A stretch of DNA of 64,000 nucleotides from a virus, in IMG/VR virus record IMGVR_UViG_3300042518_001688, positions 19,409 to 83,408 of that record; one strand, written 5' to 3'. The notes beneath the pieces were generated by a model. The model worked only from the letters and a program-made list of their open reading frames with translations. It was not told where the DNA came from and did not search any database. The position numbers and the translations under genes are program-made. Positions 28,176 to 38,400 of this stretch are shown in pieces; position 1 is the first letter of the stretch, and each line of letters begins with the position of its first letter.

Positions 28176-28229
28176 ATGAATCAAGATTATATTCCGCATC
28201 GTGGTAGTGGCAGAAAGGGGGCTGAATAA
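28176..28229 (+). CDS. 17-aa PatS/PatX-like RGSGR peptide (MNQDYIPHRGSGRKGAE)
   Basis: First ORF after promoter; stop overlaps next start (TAATG); contains PHRGSGR. Confidence 0.7.
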   Translation: MNQDYIPHRGSGRKGAE

Positions 28230-28777
28230 TGAAGGGAAAGCCAATTTCATTTAGTCCTGCGATGGTGCAAGCTATCCAAGAAAATAGAAAAACACAGACC
28301 AGAAGGATAGCTAACAATCTCGGAAAACCACCTTACGAGAAAAGCGATCGCTTGTGGGTTCAGGAGAACTACCGTCTATCAAAAGACGGAGATAAATACT
28401 GGTGTGAGTATGACGACGGCGCGAAAAAGTTAGTTAATTTAAGCACGGCTGAATTAACTAAATTGAGGAAACGGAAAACGCCACACTTCAAAAAGCAACC
28501 AGGAAGATTCATGTATCGCTCTTGTAGTCGCATCTTATTGGAAGTGACAGACGTTTATAGTGAGCAATTGCAGAATATTTCTGATGAAGATGCGATCGCA
28601 GAGGGGATTGAGAAAATCAGCGAAACACAATACAGGAATTATGTAGAAACGACATATCCTTTAGTGTATCCTTTTGCTTCATTTCATAGTCTATGGCAGT
28701 CAATTTATGGTGCTAAATCTTGGCTAGATAATCCTTTTGTTTGGGTGATTAAGTTTAAGCAGTTGGAGGCGAACTAA
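28229..28777 (+). CDS. ASCH/PUA-like phage protein
   Basis: PISFSPAMVQAI..RKTQTRR, DRLWVQE, AIAEG, WLDNPFVWVIKF. Confidence 0.75.
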   Translation: MKGKPISFSPAMVQAIQENRKTQTRRIANNLGKPPYEKSDRLWVQENYRLSKDGDKYWCEYDDGAKKLVNLSTAELTKLRKRKTPHFKKQPGRFMYRSCSRILLEVTDVYSEQLQNISDEDAIAEGIEKISETQYRNYVETTYPLVYPFASFHSLWQSIYGAKSWLDNPFVWVIKFKQLEAN

Positions 28778-29037
28778 TGGAAGATATCGCTTACAAAATC
28801 GCAATGCTTGAAACTGAGGTTTTGTTTTACAAGATGATGACCGGATGCTTGGCTAAAACTTTGGCCACAGATGAAAATGATGTAGTTGACAAAGAGTTGT
28901 ACAGGCAAATTCAAGTTAATGCGTCCAATCATGTGGTTGTCTTGATAAATCAAGATTCTGGTAAGGCTCAAGATTGGGTTAACAGAAATGTTTTTGACTT
29001 TCGGACAAAGATTGATATGGAGATGAAAAATGATTGA
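28777..29037 (+). CDS. Hypothetical protein
   Basis: Translationally coupled, GGAGG RBS. Confidence 0.55.
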   Translation: MEDIAYKIAMLETEVLFYKMMTGCLAKTLATDENDVVDKELYRQIQVNASNHVVVLINQDSGKAQDWVNRNVFDFRTKIDMEMKND

Positions 29038-29341
29038 CAATCAATTAATATCTGACAACTTCCTTTTATCCCCAATGGGTAAACCAGAGACATCTGGATA
29101 TAAAGAATTTGATGACGAGTACAGAGGATGGAGGATTTGGCTTGATTGTCCCAATGGCGGAATATTGGCGGTTGATATTCTTCATTATGAACGGGGTCTG
29201 TGGTTAGGTTGCTCTACTTGTGAAAAGTTTGATTATGATGACGATGAAGGTATTGTTAATTATGCAAAAGAAATAATTGACAAAATAGAATCTTTTCTGG
29301 ATGGACTGTCTGGTCAATTATCGTTGCTTGAGGTGGTGTAA
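29030..29341 (+). CDS. Hypothetical protein
   Basis: Coupled ORF. Confidence 0.55.
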   Translation: MIDNQLISDNFLLSPMGKPETSGYKEFDDEYRGWRIWLDCPNGGILAVDILHYERGLWLGCSTCEKFDYDDDEGIVNYAKEIIDKIESFLDGLSGQLSLLEVV

Positions 29342-29544
29342 TGAAGATTGAAGTTAACGCAAATGGATGGCTAATGATTGATTTTGGTTTCCTAGAAATC
29401 AATTCCAGTGGAAGACAAGAAGGTGAGTACCCATTTGGCTGGTTTGATGTTAATTTCTATTATTTTCATCCCACAACCAAAATAGTAAAAAGGTTGATTT
29501 TTACAAAGCCTGTGTTAAGTGACAACAGTAATCCGCCGTTTTGA
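29341..29544 (+). CDS. Hypothetical protein
   Basis: TAATG coupling. Confidence 0.5.
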   Translation: MKIEVNANGWLMIDFGFLEINSSGRQEGEYPFGWFDVNFYYFHPTTKIVKRLIFTKPVLSDNSNPPF

Positions 29545-29613
29545 TTTTTGGAAAATATGCGATCGCCTTTATTCAGTTAGAGCGATGCAGTTAAAAAGCA
29601 ACGTAATTTAGGA

Positions 29614-29829
29614 GTGGTTAAAATGCGCGATGAATTGAAAGAAACTGTTGAAACTTTGGTAAATGAAATTCTTGACTACGAAAGTGATACTTTTTCTAGT
29701 GGAGCTAACGTAGTCACCAGAAAAGAAGCTGAACACATGGCGGCACAAGTGATCAGTAATTGCTTTGATAAATACGATGGATATTGTGTACAGGATTTAC
29801 TGGACAATATTAGGGGAGAAGAAGATTAA
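29614..29829 (+). CDS. Hypothetical protein
   Basis: AGGAG RBS. Confidence 0.5.
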   Translation: MVKMRDELKETVETLVNEILDYESDTFSSGANVVTRKEAEHMAAQVISNCFDKYDGYCVQDLLDNIRGEED

Positions 29830-29854
29830 TCTTGTAGGTTTATCGAAATGAAAT

Positions 29855-29916
29855 AAATATGCGATCGCAATTATTAAAGCGATCGCACATAAGGAGAATT
29901 ATGAAGAAACCAATAG
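29855..29916. repeat. 62-bp perfect direct repeat copy 1 (two HIP1 + RBS + first codons)
   Basis: Identical to 30167-30228. Confidence 0.92.
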
Positions 29917-30137
29917 CAATGAGACAGTATAGGTTAACTATCGTACCTTACGACAATAACGCTAGAAAAATCTGTGAGAGATTAAATGATATTTGGGGTC
30001 ATGGCGTTTTCCGTGAGTGCCGTAATGATAATGAGATATCACACCTTGGGTATCTTAAATGGGATGATTGGGAAAGTGATATCGCTAAGATTCAAAAAGA
30101 TTTTCCCGATATCAAAATCCAAGTAGAAATTGATTAG
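29901..30137 (+). CDS. Hypothetical protein
   Basis: TAAGGAG RBS. Confidence 0.55.
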   Translation: MKKPIAMRQYRLTIVPYDNNARKICERLNDIWGHGVFRECRNDNEISHLGYLKWDDWESDIAKIQKDFPDIKIQVEID

Positions 30138-30166
30138 TTTGGCAACAAGATAGTTTCCCATCTAGA

Positions 30167-30228
30167 AAATATGCGATCGCAATTATTAAAGCGATCGCAC
30201 ATAAGGAGAATTATGAAGAAACCAATAG
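30167..30228. repeat. 62-bp perfect direct repeat copy 2
   Basis: Identical to 29855-29916. Confidence 0.92.
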
Positions 30229-30356
30229 TCATCGTTTGTGAAGTGCCTGGTGAAGACCCAAGGGTAGTTATAAAGTTCGATGATTACCAAGAAGCCGTTA
30301 ATCATCTAGCAATGCTGAATCAAGAAACAAACACCAATCCTTATAGAATTTTCTGA
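30213..30356 (+). CDS. Hypothetical protein
   Basis: TAAGGAG RBS. Confidence 0.5.
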   Translation: MKKPIVIVCEVPGEDPRVVIKFDDYQEAVNHLAMLNQETNTNPYRIF

Positions 30357-30445
30357 TTGATGTTGATATGCGATCGCGCAAATACGATCAAACACAGGAA
30401 TAAGGAGAACAATAAAATGCAATCAGTAACTTGATAAGTATAATT

Positions 30446-30473
30446 AAAGGAGTAATTGATTACTCCTTTTTTT
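30446..30473 (+). terminator. Intrinsic terminator ending early operon
   Basis: AAAGGAGTAAT-TG-ATTACTCCTTT + T tract. Confidence 0.7.
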
Positions 30474-30576
30474 ATTAATTAACCTTGTAGATCCAATAAT
30501 GGGAAATATTGAAATATGGGATCAGATAAGAAATGACTCGAACTTGGGGAATCACAAGAGAAATTAATTAATATTT

Positions 30577-33279
30577 ATGTGGTTATTGGGAAATGACGAT
30601 CTTCCCCATGTGGCAGTAGAGTCAATTAGCGGACTACCCTTGGCTACATTGGGCGGAGCAAAGAGAGATAATATCGGATTATGCCTTATTGATATACCTG
30701 ATTTAATAACCGGGGGTTTGTCGGCTATCACGATAAATACTGCGGTAGTAACGGTAAGTGACACCCTTGCCGTATTTGAAGTTACCTATGGCAACAATGT
30801 TTTTACTCTCGCCGACACCGACACACCCCAACCCGGACAATTCACTTTTGATCACAGTACCCAACAAATAACCCTGCACACCAGCACGGCGTTACCGATA
30901 GGAATGAATGCAGTAGTTAGAGGTGGGAAGAACCTTACACCAGCGATCGCACATGGTTCTGGCTTACCTCCTGCGGTAAATACTGCTTTACCTTTAGAAA
31001 CAAATTATGTTAGCCCTGGATTGTTTTGGTTGTTTTGGGGATTACCCATAATTGGTACTATCAATTGGGGTTGTTCCTTTGAGCAGCAGCCATCAGGAAG
31101 CATCAATTTATTTGTCCCAAGGTCAAGTATTGGTACGGTGCGATCGCGCTTCGCTAGAGGAGAGGAACTGCAATTTGCTGGTATAGGTTTTAGTGTCAAC
31201 GCCTATAGTGAAAAATTATTGAATACAGAGGAATATCCTGGTGGGTTCTACGAGGTAGGAGTTAGTCTAACTGGTTGGTCTAACCAATATAAATATTTAA
31301 AGCCAGTATTATTGAAAGACCAATTTGATGCGGATTGCTCATTAATTGCTAATGGTGATTCAATTACTTTCGGTTCTGGCACGGCAACCAAAACAAGCGT
31401 TAGCTCTCTATCAAAAAAGAATGGTGTCAGTGTTAACCTTGTTGGGGAGAAGTGGGATGTGAGTATTCCTGCTGGTGCTGCGGCTGACGCTACAACCAGT
31501 TGGCAAGGGGAAATGCAATCTCGACTGAGAGTGAATGGAGCATTTATCAGCTATTGCTCTCCGGGTGTGGTTAAAGCCAAAGGTATTAATTCCGTTTCCC
31601 GGTGGAGTTTTCACGTACCTGAGTTTGAAATCGCCTACCAAGGGGAGATTAAACCTGTTCACTGGAAAGTAGACGGGCAGTTCTCTAAAGAAGCAAACAA
31701 TGAAGACACAGAAGATACTCAAAGCAAGAATGTAGTAACTAGCGCCGAACCCAAGTGGCAGAAGAAAGAACCATTTACTGAGATAGTAACCAATGGTGAT
31801 GAAAATGCAGCTACTTGTCCTGATGTGGGGGGAGAATTAAAAGATCCTAGTTCCAATTTCGATACATCTGGACCAACTAAGAGTTTAGAAATATCTGTGA
31901 TGATAGACGGTTCACCTTTGTCTCGCAGGAATGTAACCTTTGGTTATGCTTACACCGCGTATGACATTTACGAAGGTGAAGACTCCGATACTGAAACGCC
32001 TGTTTTCTCTGGCGCACCTGAGAACTATTGGCAGATTATTAAAGACCAGACAGAAAACTTCTACTATGACGATAAAACTGGGTATTTAACTGGTAGTCAG
32101 ATACATGGTTGGCAGTTGGTAAGGTTTAAAACAGAGTCTTTCAAAGTTGGTGAAGTTGCCAATCCCCCAACCGTAGTAGGTAATGCGGAAGATGCGGATG
32201 TAGAGGATGTCCTGTCACTGGAATATTACAAGTTCCGACAAGCACCTATAAACGGGTTTAGCGAATATTATTTATTGCAACACTCCGATTACTACAAAGA
32301 TGTTGAGCCACCACCAAAAGTACAGTATCCGGTGTGTACTAAAGCGGGAATTAATCAATGGGTGAAAGAGTACAAGGAAGTTGTAGACCCTAACTGGATT
32401 CCTTCAATGTTTGTTAAAAAGGAACAGAGGTTTGTTAATACTTTTTTCTCTATCAAAGATCCATTAAATCGGCTTAAAGAAGAGGATGAGCCAAGAAACC
32501 CAGATTTAACCACAGGGGAAGAATCCTACCAATCCAGACAAATTTATATTTTGGCATCGGCAAATACTACGATGCCGAGATTGGTTTTTGATTTATTCGA
32601 CAAAAGTGATACTGCACCAGATAGATATTTAGAATACAACAAACAATATAGTGCCAGTGGTCCACAATTTAATAGTGTGGCTGAAGAGGTAAAGGCATCC
32701 CAACAGTCGGGTAGACCCGGAATAGCTACAAAACGAAATATTACTTATGACAGGGTTAAACCTGAAGGTGTTGATTTCAGGGTTAGTTCCGGCGGAGGTA
32801 ATAACTCTGGGACAAAATACGAGTTTCATCTATTGTCGGGAAAGGATATTAATGACGTAGTTGACGGGTCTGTGTCTTACCCTTATGCAGAAACAAAAGC
32901 GGATGCTATTAGAAATGCTGAAACTGAATTAACTATTCAACGTATTCAAGAAGTTGGTTCTGCTTCGGCAGTTATACCGTTTAATCCAGATATTCGTGAA
33001 TTTGATAAAGTGACTATTTCCACTGGTTATGACAGTTATAGGTTAAGAGTTTTATCATTTTCCAATAGTGTGGAAATACATGGTCAATTAGATGGATTAC
33101 CGTTTGTTACTTCTGATGGCACTAAATTGTCATTGGGGTTAGATCAGTCCGCTAGTTTTACTATGCAAGAAAAAGCTATTCCTCAGCCAAAAATAACCCC
33201 AGCCGGTGATCCCAGTAAAAAGGGATTAACACTAGGCTGGGTGAGTAATATTGTTCTTAAAAACAGGAGAAGACCATGA
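30577..33279 (+). CDS. Putative tail tip/hub structural protein
   Basis: 900 aa, beta-rich, start of late cluster, upstream of tail fibre. Confidence 0.55.
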   Translation: MWLLGNDDLPHVAVESISGLPLATLGGAKRDNIGLCLIDIPDLITGGLSAITINTAVVTVSDTLAVFEVTYGNNVFTLADTDTPQPGQFTFDHSTQQITLHTSTALPIGMNAVVRGGKNLTPAIAHGSGLPPAVNTALPLETNYVSPGLFWLFWGLPIIGTINWGCSFEQQPSGSINLFVPRSSIGTVRSRFARGEELQFAGIGFSVNAYSEKLLNTEEYPGGFYEVGVSLTGWSNQYKYLKPVLLKDQFDADCSLIANGDSITFGSGTATKTSVSSLSKKNGVSVNLVGEKWDVSIPAGAAADATTSWQGEMQSRLRVNGAFISYCSPGVVKAKGINSVSRWSFHVPEFEIAYQGEIKPVHWKVDGQFSKEANNEDTEDTQSKNVVTSAEPKWQKKEPFTEIVTNGDENAATCPDVGGELKDPSSNFDTSGPTKSLEISVMIDGSPLSRRNVTFGYAYTAYDIYEGEDSDTETPVFSGAPENYWQIIKDQTENFYYDDKTGYLTGSQIHGWQLVRFKTESFKVGEVANPPTVVGNAEDADVEDVLSLEYYKFRQAPINGFSEYYLLQHSDYYKDVEPPPKVQYPVCTKAGINQWVKEYKEVVDPNWIPSMFVKKEQRFVNTFFSIKDPLNRLKEEDEPRNPDLTTGEESYQSRQIYILASANTTMPRLVFDLFDKSDTAPDRYLEYNKQYSASGPQFNSVAEEVKASQQSGRPGIATKRNITYDRVKPEGVDFRVSSGGGNNSGTKYEFHLLSGKDINDVVDGSVSYPYAETKADAIRNAETELTIQRIQEVGSASAVIPFNPDIREFDKVTISTGYDSYRLRVLSFSNSVEIHGQLDGLPFVTSDGTKLSLGLDQSASFTMQEKAIPQPKITPAGDPSKKGLTLGWVSNIVLKNRRRP

Positions 33280-33443
33280 TAACTAAAATTCAATTAGAAG
33301 ATGCGATCGCTCAAATGTTAAAGTCCAGTCGCCCCACGATTACTTTTTCAGATAATTCAATAACTATTAGTCAAGATGGAAATTCCCAGGTTCTCCGGGG
33401 GATTCAACGGAATAACTCTGGGAATGTAATTAGGTTGAAGTAG
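33276..33443 (+). CDS. Small hypothetical protein (55 aa, not in ORF track)
   Basis: ATGA overlap with upstream stop, AGGAG RBS. Confidence 0.5.
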   Translation: MITKIQLEDAIAQMLKSSRPTITFSDNSITISQDGNSQVLRGIQRNNSGNVIRLK

Positions 33444-33445
33444 TA

Positions 33446-33889
33446 TCAATCCTGCCAATATCTACTAATTTTCTTTGTTAGCTTCCGGGGAGAACTGCTA
33501 AACTGCTTGCCTTCCCGAAATGCTTTTTGCTTGCTACGGTTTAAGGATTTCACTTCACTCTTGGATAAATCCTCCCACGCTGCTGAAGGTAAATATTTTT
33601 TAACTACTGTTCGCCCGCTCTTGGTTTTCCGATAGCTCTTACCTCCATCGGCGGTTCTCCATTTTTGTTTAGTCCACTTAACCATACTGTTGCTGCGGGT
33701 TTTCTTGCCCTTATAACCACCACCTTTATCTTTGTATATCTTGGTGGCTAATTGCATGGCTCTAGCACTATGTTTTCCACCCATTCGAGCAACGGCTGTA
33801 CGCTTGGCTTGTTCCCATAATCCGGGCTTGGTTTTGGTGGCAGTATTGAATTTGGCTGTTTGAATGTATGACTCCAGCAGTCCAGGCAT
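33446..33889 (-). CDS. Basic DUF5872-like protein
   Basis: TKPGLWE...SARAMQL...YKDKGGGYKG...KWTKQKWRT...YLPSAAW. Confidence 0.65.
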   Translation of the reverse strand: MPGLLESYIQTAKFNTATKTKPGLWEQAKRTAVARMGGKHSARAMQLATKIYKDKGGGYKGKKTRSNSMVKWTKQKWRTADGGKSYRKTKSGRTVVKKYLPSAAWEDLSKSEVKSLNRSKQKAFREGKQFSSSPRKLTKKISRYWQD

Positions 33890-34004
33890 AGGCTTATTGG
33901 TAATTAATGTATTAATTCCCTAAGATGCACTGGAATAGAGTGGCGCGATCGCACTCTTGTTAGTGAGTGCGATCGCCTATCAAAAGTGCGATCGCTGTTA
34001 TTTA

Positions 34005-34850
34005 CTAAATTGCTTCAATTACAGATGGATACCACTTTAACGATGTCACAGATTTATTGTGTCCTTTGGCTGTATCCATGACAGTTTGAGAATATCCTTT
34101 ACCTTCCTCTGTTGGCTTCCAAGCGGGTTCACTTCCATTCGGGTTTTTAAATTGTAAACCTTTATCTACTAGGAGTTTGTTCATCTTTTGCGCTGACAAT
34201 TTAATGCCAGTTTTAGCTTCGTATAGTTCTGCTAGTTTTCCATGTCTAACTAACTCGTCTTCGATGGGGATACTTAACAACTTCTTGGCTTCTTCCATTG
34301 CAGGTGCAAGCTCCGGGTAAATCTTGGAGAAATAATTAGCCTTAACACCAGCAATTAATCTGGAGTCTGTTCCTGTAGGTATCAAAACCAAGTCAATAGC
34401 AGTAGCACTTGCTTGTAAGTAAAGAGGGTTGCTTAGTTCTTGGTTTATTTGCTCCACTTGCTTGGGTTCTTGTCTTTTCCATCCTGTCTGTTGTTGTATC
34501 CAAGACCGGACACCAATACCAGTAAAAGCAGTGTCAACCATTTCCGCTTGTTTCTTGCATCTTTGTCCAGCTTTATAAGCGTAGTATTTGGCTATGATCG
34601 CGATCGCTAAATCAGGAATACCATTTTCAGTCCAAAACAAAATCCCACCAGCATCAAAGCCTTGCTCTGTAAGCAGTGCAACCAATTTACTAGGAGAAAT
34701 CCCACCAGCAGTTTTAAGCGATTCCAGTAAACTTGTATGATCAACATCCATCAACCTAGCAACTGCACGAATTGACGCTTTACCTTTTCCGGTTGCATCA
34801 ACAGAGATTTCATTTTTGATCTGATCAACGATTAATGCTAAATTAGTCAT
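34005..34850 (-). CDS. Phage antirepressor-like protein, paralogue A
   Basis: N-terminal ASIRAVARL helix; C-terminal LSAQKMNKLLVDKGLQ...WKPTEEGK KilA-C/ANT-like domain. Confidence 0.7.
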   Translation of the reverse strand: MTNLALIVDQIKNEISVDATGKGKASIRAVARLMDVDHTSLLESLKTAGGISPSKLVALLTEQGFDAGGILFWTENGIPDLAIAIIAKYYAYKAGQRCKKQAEMVDTAFTGIGVRSWIQQQTGWKRQEPKQVEQINQELSNPLYLQASATAIDLVLIPTGTDSRLIAGVKANYFSKIYPELAPAMEEAKKLLSIPIEDELVRHGKLAELYEAKTGIKLSAQKMNKLLVDKGLQFKNPNGSEPAWKPTEEGKGYSQTVMDTAKGHNKSVTSLKWYPSVIEAI

Positions 34851-34945
34851 AACAGATTAACCCAGCCCTTTTGGGTGAAATGTTTGCCAGCGATATAACC
34901 TCTTTGGTGGTCTTAACCCACCTCTGCGGTGCTGGTATTTTAATA
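34851..34945 (-). ncRNA. Structured 5' leader (candidate cis-regulatory RNA), copy A
   Basis: Stems covary with 47321-47413. Confidence 0.55.
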
Positions 34946-35057
34946 TTATACAACAGCTTTGGTATAAATCAAGTAAAACATAGACCAATAAATAATTCTG
35001 TTGACAAAATGTAAAATATCTCCATAATGATATTTATAGGAGTTAAGTAATTGTGTT

Positions 35058-35417
35058 ATGAAGAATAAAGTTAAGTCTGTTGCAATGCACGAAGTTAGGA
35101 ACACATTGCCAAAAATCAGAAGACAAGTCCAAATTGGTGGTGCGACAATTCTCCCCACTTATCACAACGGTGTCGTTGGTGTGTTTATTAGCGTCCCTAC
35201 TTCAAAATCATTATTTATCCAAGCGTCAGAAGAAGTGCCAATAACTAAATTCAGGCAATCCGCTACTGAATACTGGGAAAGACTGCAAACTGAAGTTGAG
35301 TGCATCTATCTAACAAACCACTCAAGAAAGGTTGTAGCCTTTGTTTCAACCAAGTTTATTCCTGACTTAAAGATAGAACTGCCCACTATCAAAATACTGG
35401 ATTGCGGACTTTCGTAA
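35058..35417 (+). CDS. Tandem Phd/YefM-like antitoxin-domain protein
   Basis: VAMHEVRNTL...PTYHNGVVGVFIS and VPITKFRQSA...LTNHSRKVVAFVS; TTGACA promoter at 35001. Confidence 0.6.
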   Translation: MKNKVKSVAMHEVRNTLPKIRRQVQIGGATILPTYHNGVVGVFISVPTSKSLFIQASEEVPITKFRQSATEYWERLQTEVECIYLTNHSRKVVAFVSTKFIPDLKIELPTIKILDCGLS

Positions 35418-35466
35418 TTTATCACCAAGGGAACTACAGCCATGTTCCCTCAAGTTCGACTCGAAC

Positions 35467-38400
35467 ATGGCAAAAGTCACTTACGCTAACGGCAGGCAAC
35501 AACTACCATTCAATAACTCAAAAGTAGTAGTTTCCACCGGAGGCACAAGCACCCAGGCGCGATCGCTCTACTTTGCAATTCAAGGACAAAACCCCGCAGG
35601 TAAAAACCTGTTGTCCTCGGTTGTCGGTCCAATAGCGATCGCATCAGGTCAACAAGTCACAATCACGATTGACACCAACTGCCGATTAGCAGGTGAGTGG
35701 TGGACTGATTTTGTGATATCTGCAAACACCACTAACGATGTCACCACCTTTGTACAAGTGGCCAAGATTCCTGGGAATTTGACACTACCGCAAACAGTGG
35801 TATTGAACAGCGATGAAGATTTTAAATTAAGCAATATAGTAGCCACCCCAAGTAATTTACCAGCAGCAGCCGATGTCCTTCATGGTGCATTACGTGGTAT
35901 CACTTCATTGGATGCAGTTTATGAATATGATGCTTTCTCGACTAAAACAGCAAATGGTATTAATGTACTTACGGCTACTACAGGTAGATGGCTTCTCAAA
36001 GGTGTTAGTTTTTCTTCTTACGTGGCTTCAGTAACGGGTATTGGTGGTTGCGCTCAAGATGTTAATGATTTAGCACCAGATGAGGTAATTCTGCCTACCT
36101 ACGCAGTAGATGGAACTGTCGGAACAACTCAGAAGTTTTGGCTTGTAAATGACAGTACCGCAAATGAACCCGCAGGACGTAGGGTAGGCGTTACTGTCTT
36201 GGTAAACGATGAACCTAAAACTACATTATTCAATAATCTAATTAAAGTTATATTTCGTGGATATGCCGATACCGAATTAGGAACACTCCGCACTACAGAT
36301 ACATTAAGCAACCCACTTTATTTGCTAGATCAGGAAGTAGGGGTTAAAGCCAGAAAATCTAACTTAATTCTGTCAGATCCTCTTGCCCCTGATGAGGCGA
36401 TGGTGTTGGAGTTTTACCCTAAATTCTCGGCATCTGACCTGAATAAATTAATCCCTAGAGGTAGCGTTATTGCTCTGTTCCCATTCTTCTATGACCAAGC
36501 AGGAGAATATACAGAAGCAGGTGCGCCTCTAGGGAATTTGATTTACAACAGGGGCGATTATCGTTTACTTGTTCCTGGAGTTGGGTTACTGGCTAAAGCC
36601 CTACCCGGTGGTGGGATGGTAGAGTTTATCAGTTTCCTTGATACTCCTGAATCAGTAGTTGCTGGTTTTGCTAATAATAAAAATAATCAAATTGTTGCTG
36701 TCAATGGTAATGGTGTCGTCCTTCAATTAACTGTTCCTTCACCTAATCAAGCTGCGGTTGATGCTGCTATTGGTATGGGATTGGCTTCAACCTTGCGATC
36801 GCTCGGCATTATGGACGAAACAGAGGATGTTAGAGCGATAATAGGGACGGCAAACGGTGAAGGATTTGCAACTGCATGGAGTGGAAATTTTGCTAATACA
36901 GGTAATCAGGTATTCACTATTTCCTCTGCATATCCTTGTAATGCAGATGGTAATGGTACAATTCGGAGTGATTACCCTGATACCAGATTAAGGGGTAGAA
37001 CTGGTTATTTTAATCCAGGTGAAGTTGTAATTTACGTCAAGAGGGTCAGTAATGGTGAAATTCGTAAGTTTACTGGTTCTGTCGTCACCATAGGTACAAG
37101 TCAATCATTCTCTATCCCCAACTGGAGTACAGGGACAGTTACCACTGTTGCCGTCCCCAGCGATGATTCTTTTGGGCTGTATGCCCCTGGTACACCAACT
37201 GCCACTATTACCACAGGAACAAGTGATTACGCTGCTGGTAATTACCAATTTGCGATCGCCTTCAAATACACTAATGTTATTACCAGCATCTCCCATAGTG
37301 AATACGATGGTTGTTTGTTGACGTTAGATGATATTGACATGGCTAAATTGGTACTGCGATCGCGTGACAGTACCCGAATTTTAGCGGGAGAAGGTGTACC
37401 ATCTCCGTCTTTGGATATAGACGGTAGTTTCTATCTTGATAAATTAAATAATGATTTTTATGGACCTAAAACGAGTGGGGTATGGGGAACTCCTGTTTCA
37501 TTGGTTGGGACTCCTGGATATAACGCCTATACAGCCACTACCGCAAGCTTTTCAATTCCCAATATCGGCAACACTGTAACTATTTCAGTTGCTAGGTCTG
37601 ATTGGATGGTTGTAGGTCAATTAATTTATATTGAAACTGCGGGTAGTTTTACTATTACTGCAAAACCTAGCTCCACGTCGGCAACTATTCAAAATAATGG
37701 TTATCAAGGTAATGCGGCTGCAACTACTACAATTACCACAGCTAAAGGTGTGTCTCCTAGTGGTGCAGTAGGCTTGACTGGCGCACCTGGAGGATACACA
37801 ACTACTACCTCAAGTTTTGTGCAACCGTCGGCAAATAGTAATGTCACAGTCGCGGTAGTTGATAGTACCTGGATGTCGTCTGGGTTGACTATCTACATAG
37901 AAAATGGTGGTTATTATTCAGTGATATCTAAACCTAATGCAACTTCTGTGATTGTTGCCAACTTAGGGTATTCAGAAAATGCTAGTCCTGGTACAACGAT
38001 AGCTACAACTAAAACGGTTTCTAGCAGTGGTGTGAGGGGAGCAACAGGACAAACGGGAGCTACAGGTGCTACAGGAGCGACAGGAGCTACAGGTGCAAAT
38101 GGGACTAATGGTGTATCTAGCTACACTTATATAGCTTATGCTGAAGATACTAATGGTACAGGATTTACCAATACTTTTAGTAGCACTAAGGATTTTATAG
38201 CAGTAAAAACTACAACATCACCAATTGCTTCTCCTATTGCAAGTGACTTTACTGGTTTATGGAAAAATTATAAAGGTGCTACAGGTGCGCCGGGTAGCAT
38301 TACAGCCGCTTCTGAGGTAACACTAACAGAGGTAAATGTTGATGCTACAACAGCAATAGATCAAATAAAAATTTTCAATAAATTAGGGGAACTATTAGCA

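Noticed and set aside
29859-30212. Shared N-terminal MRSQLLKRSHIRRI peptide in two ORFs
   Set aside because: Translation of the duplicated HIP1/RBS DNA; real starts are at 29901 and 30213
38031-38112. 9-bp tandem DNA repeat
   Set aside because: Explained by the collagen-like Gly-X-Y coding repeat in the tail fibre
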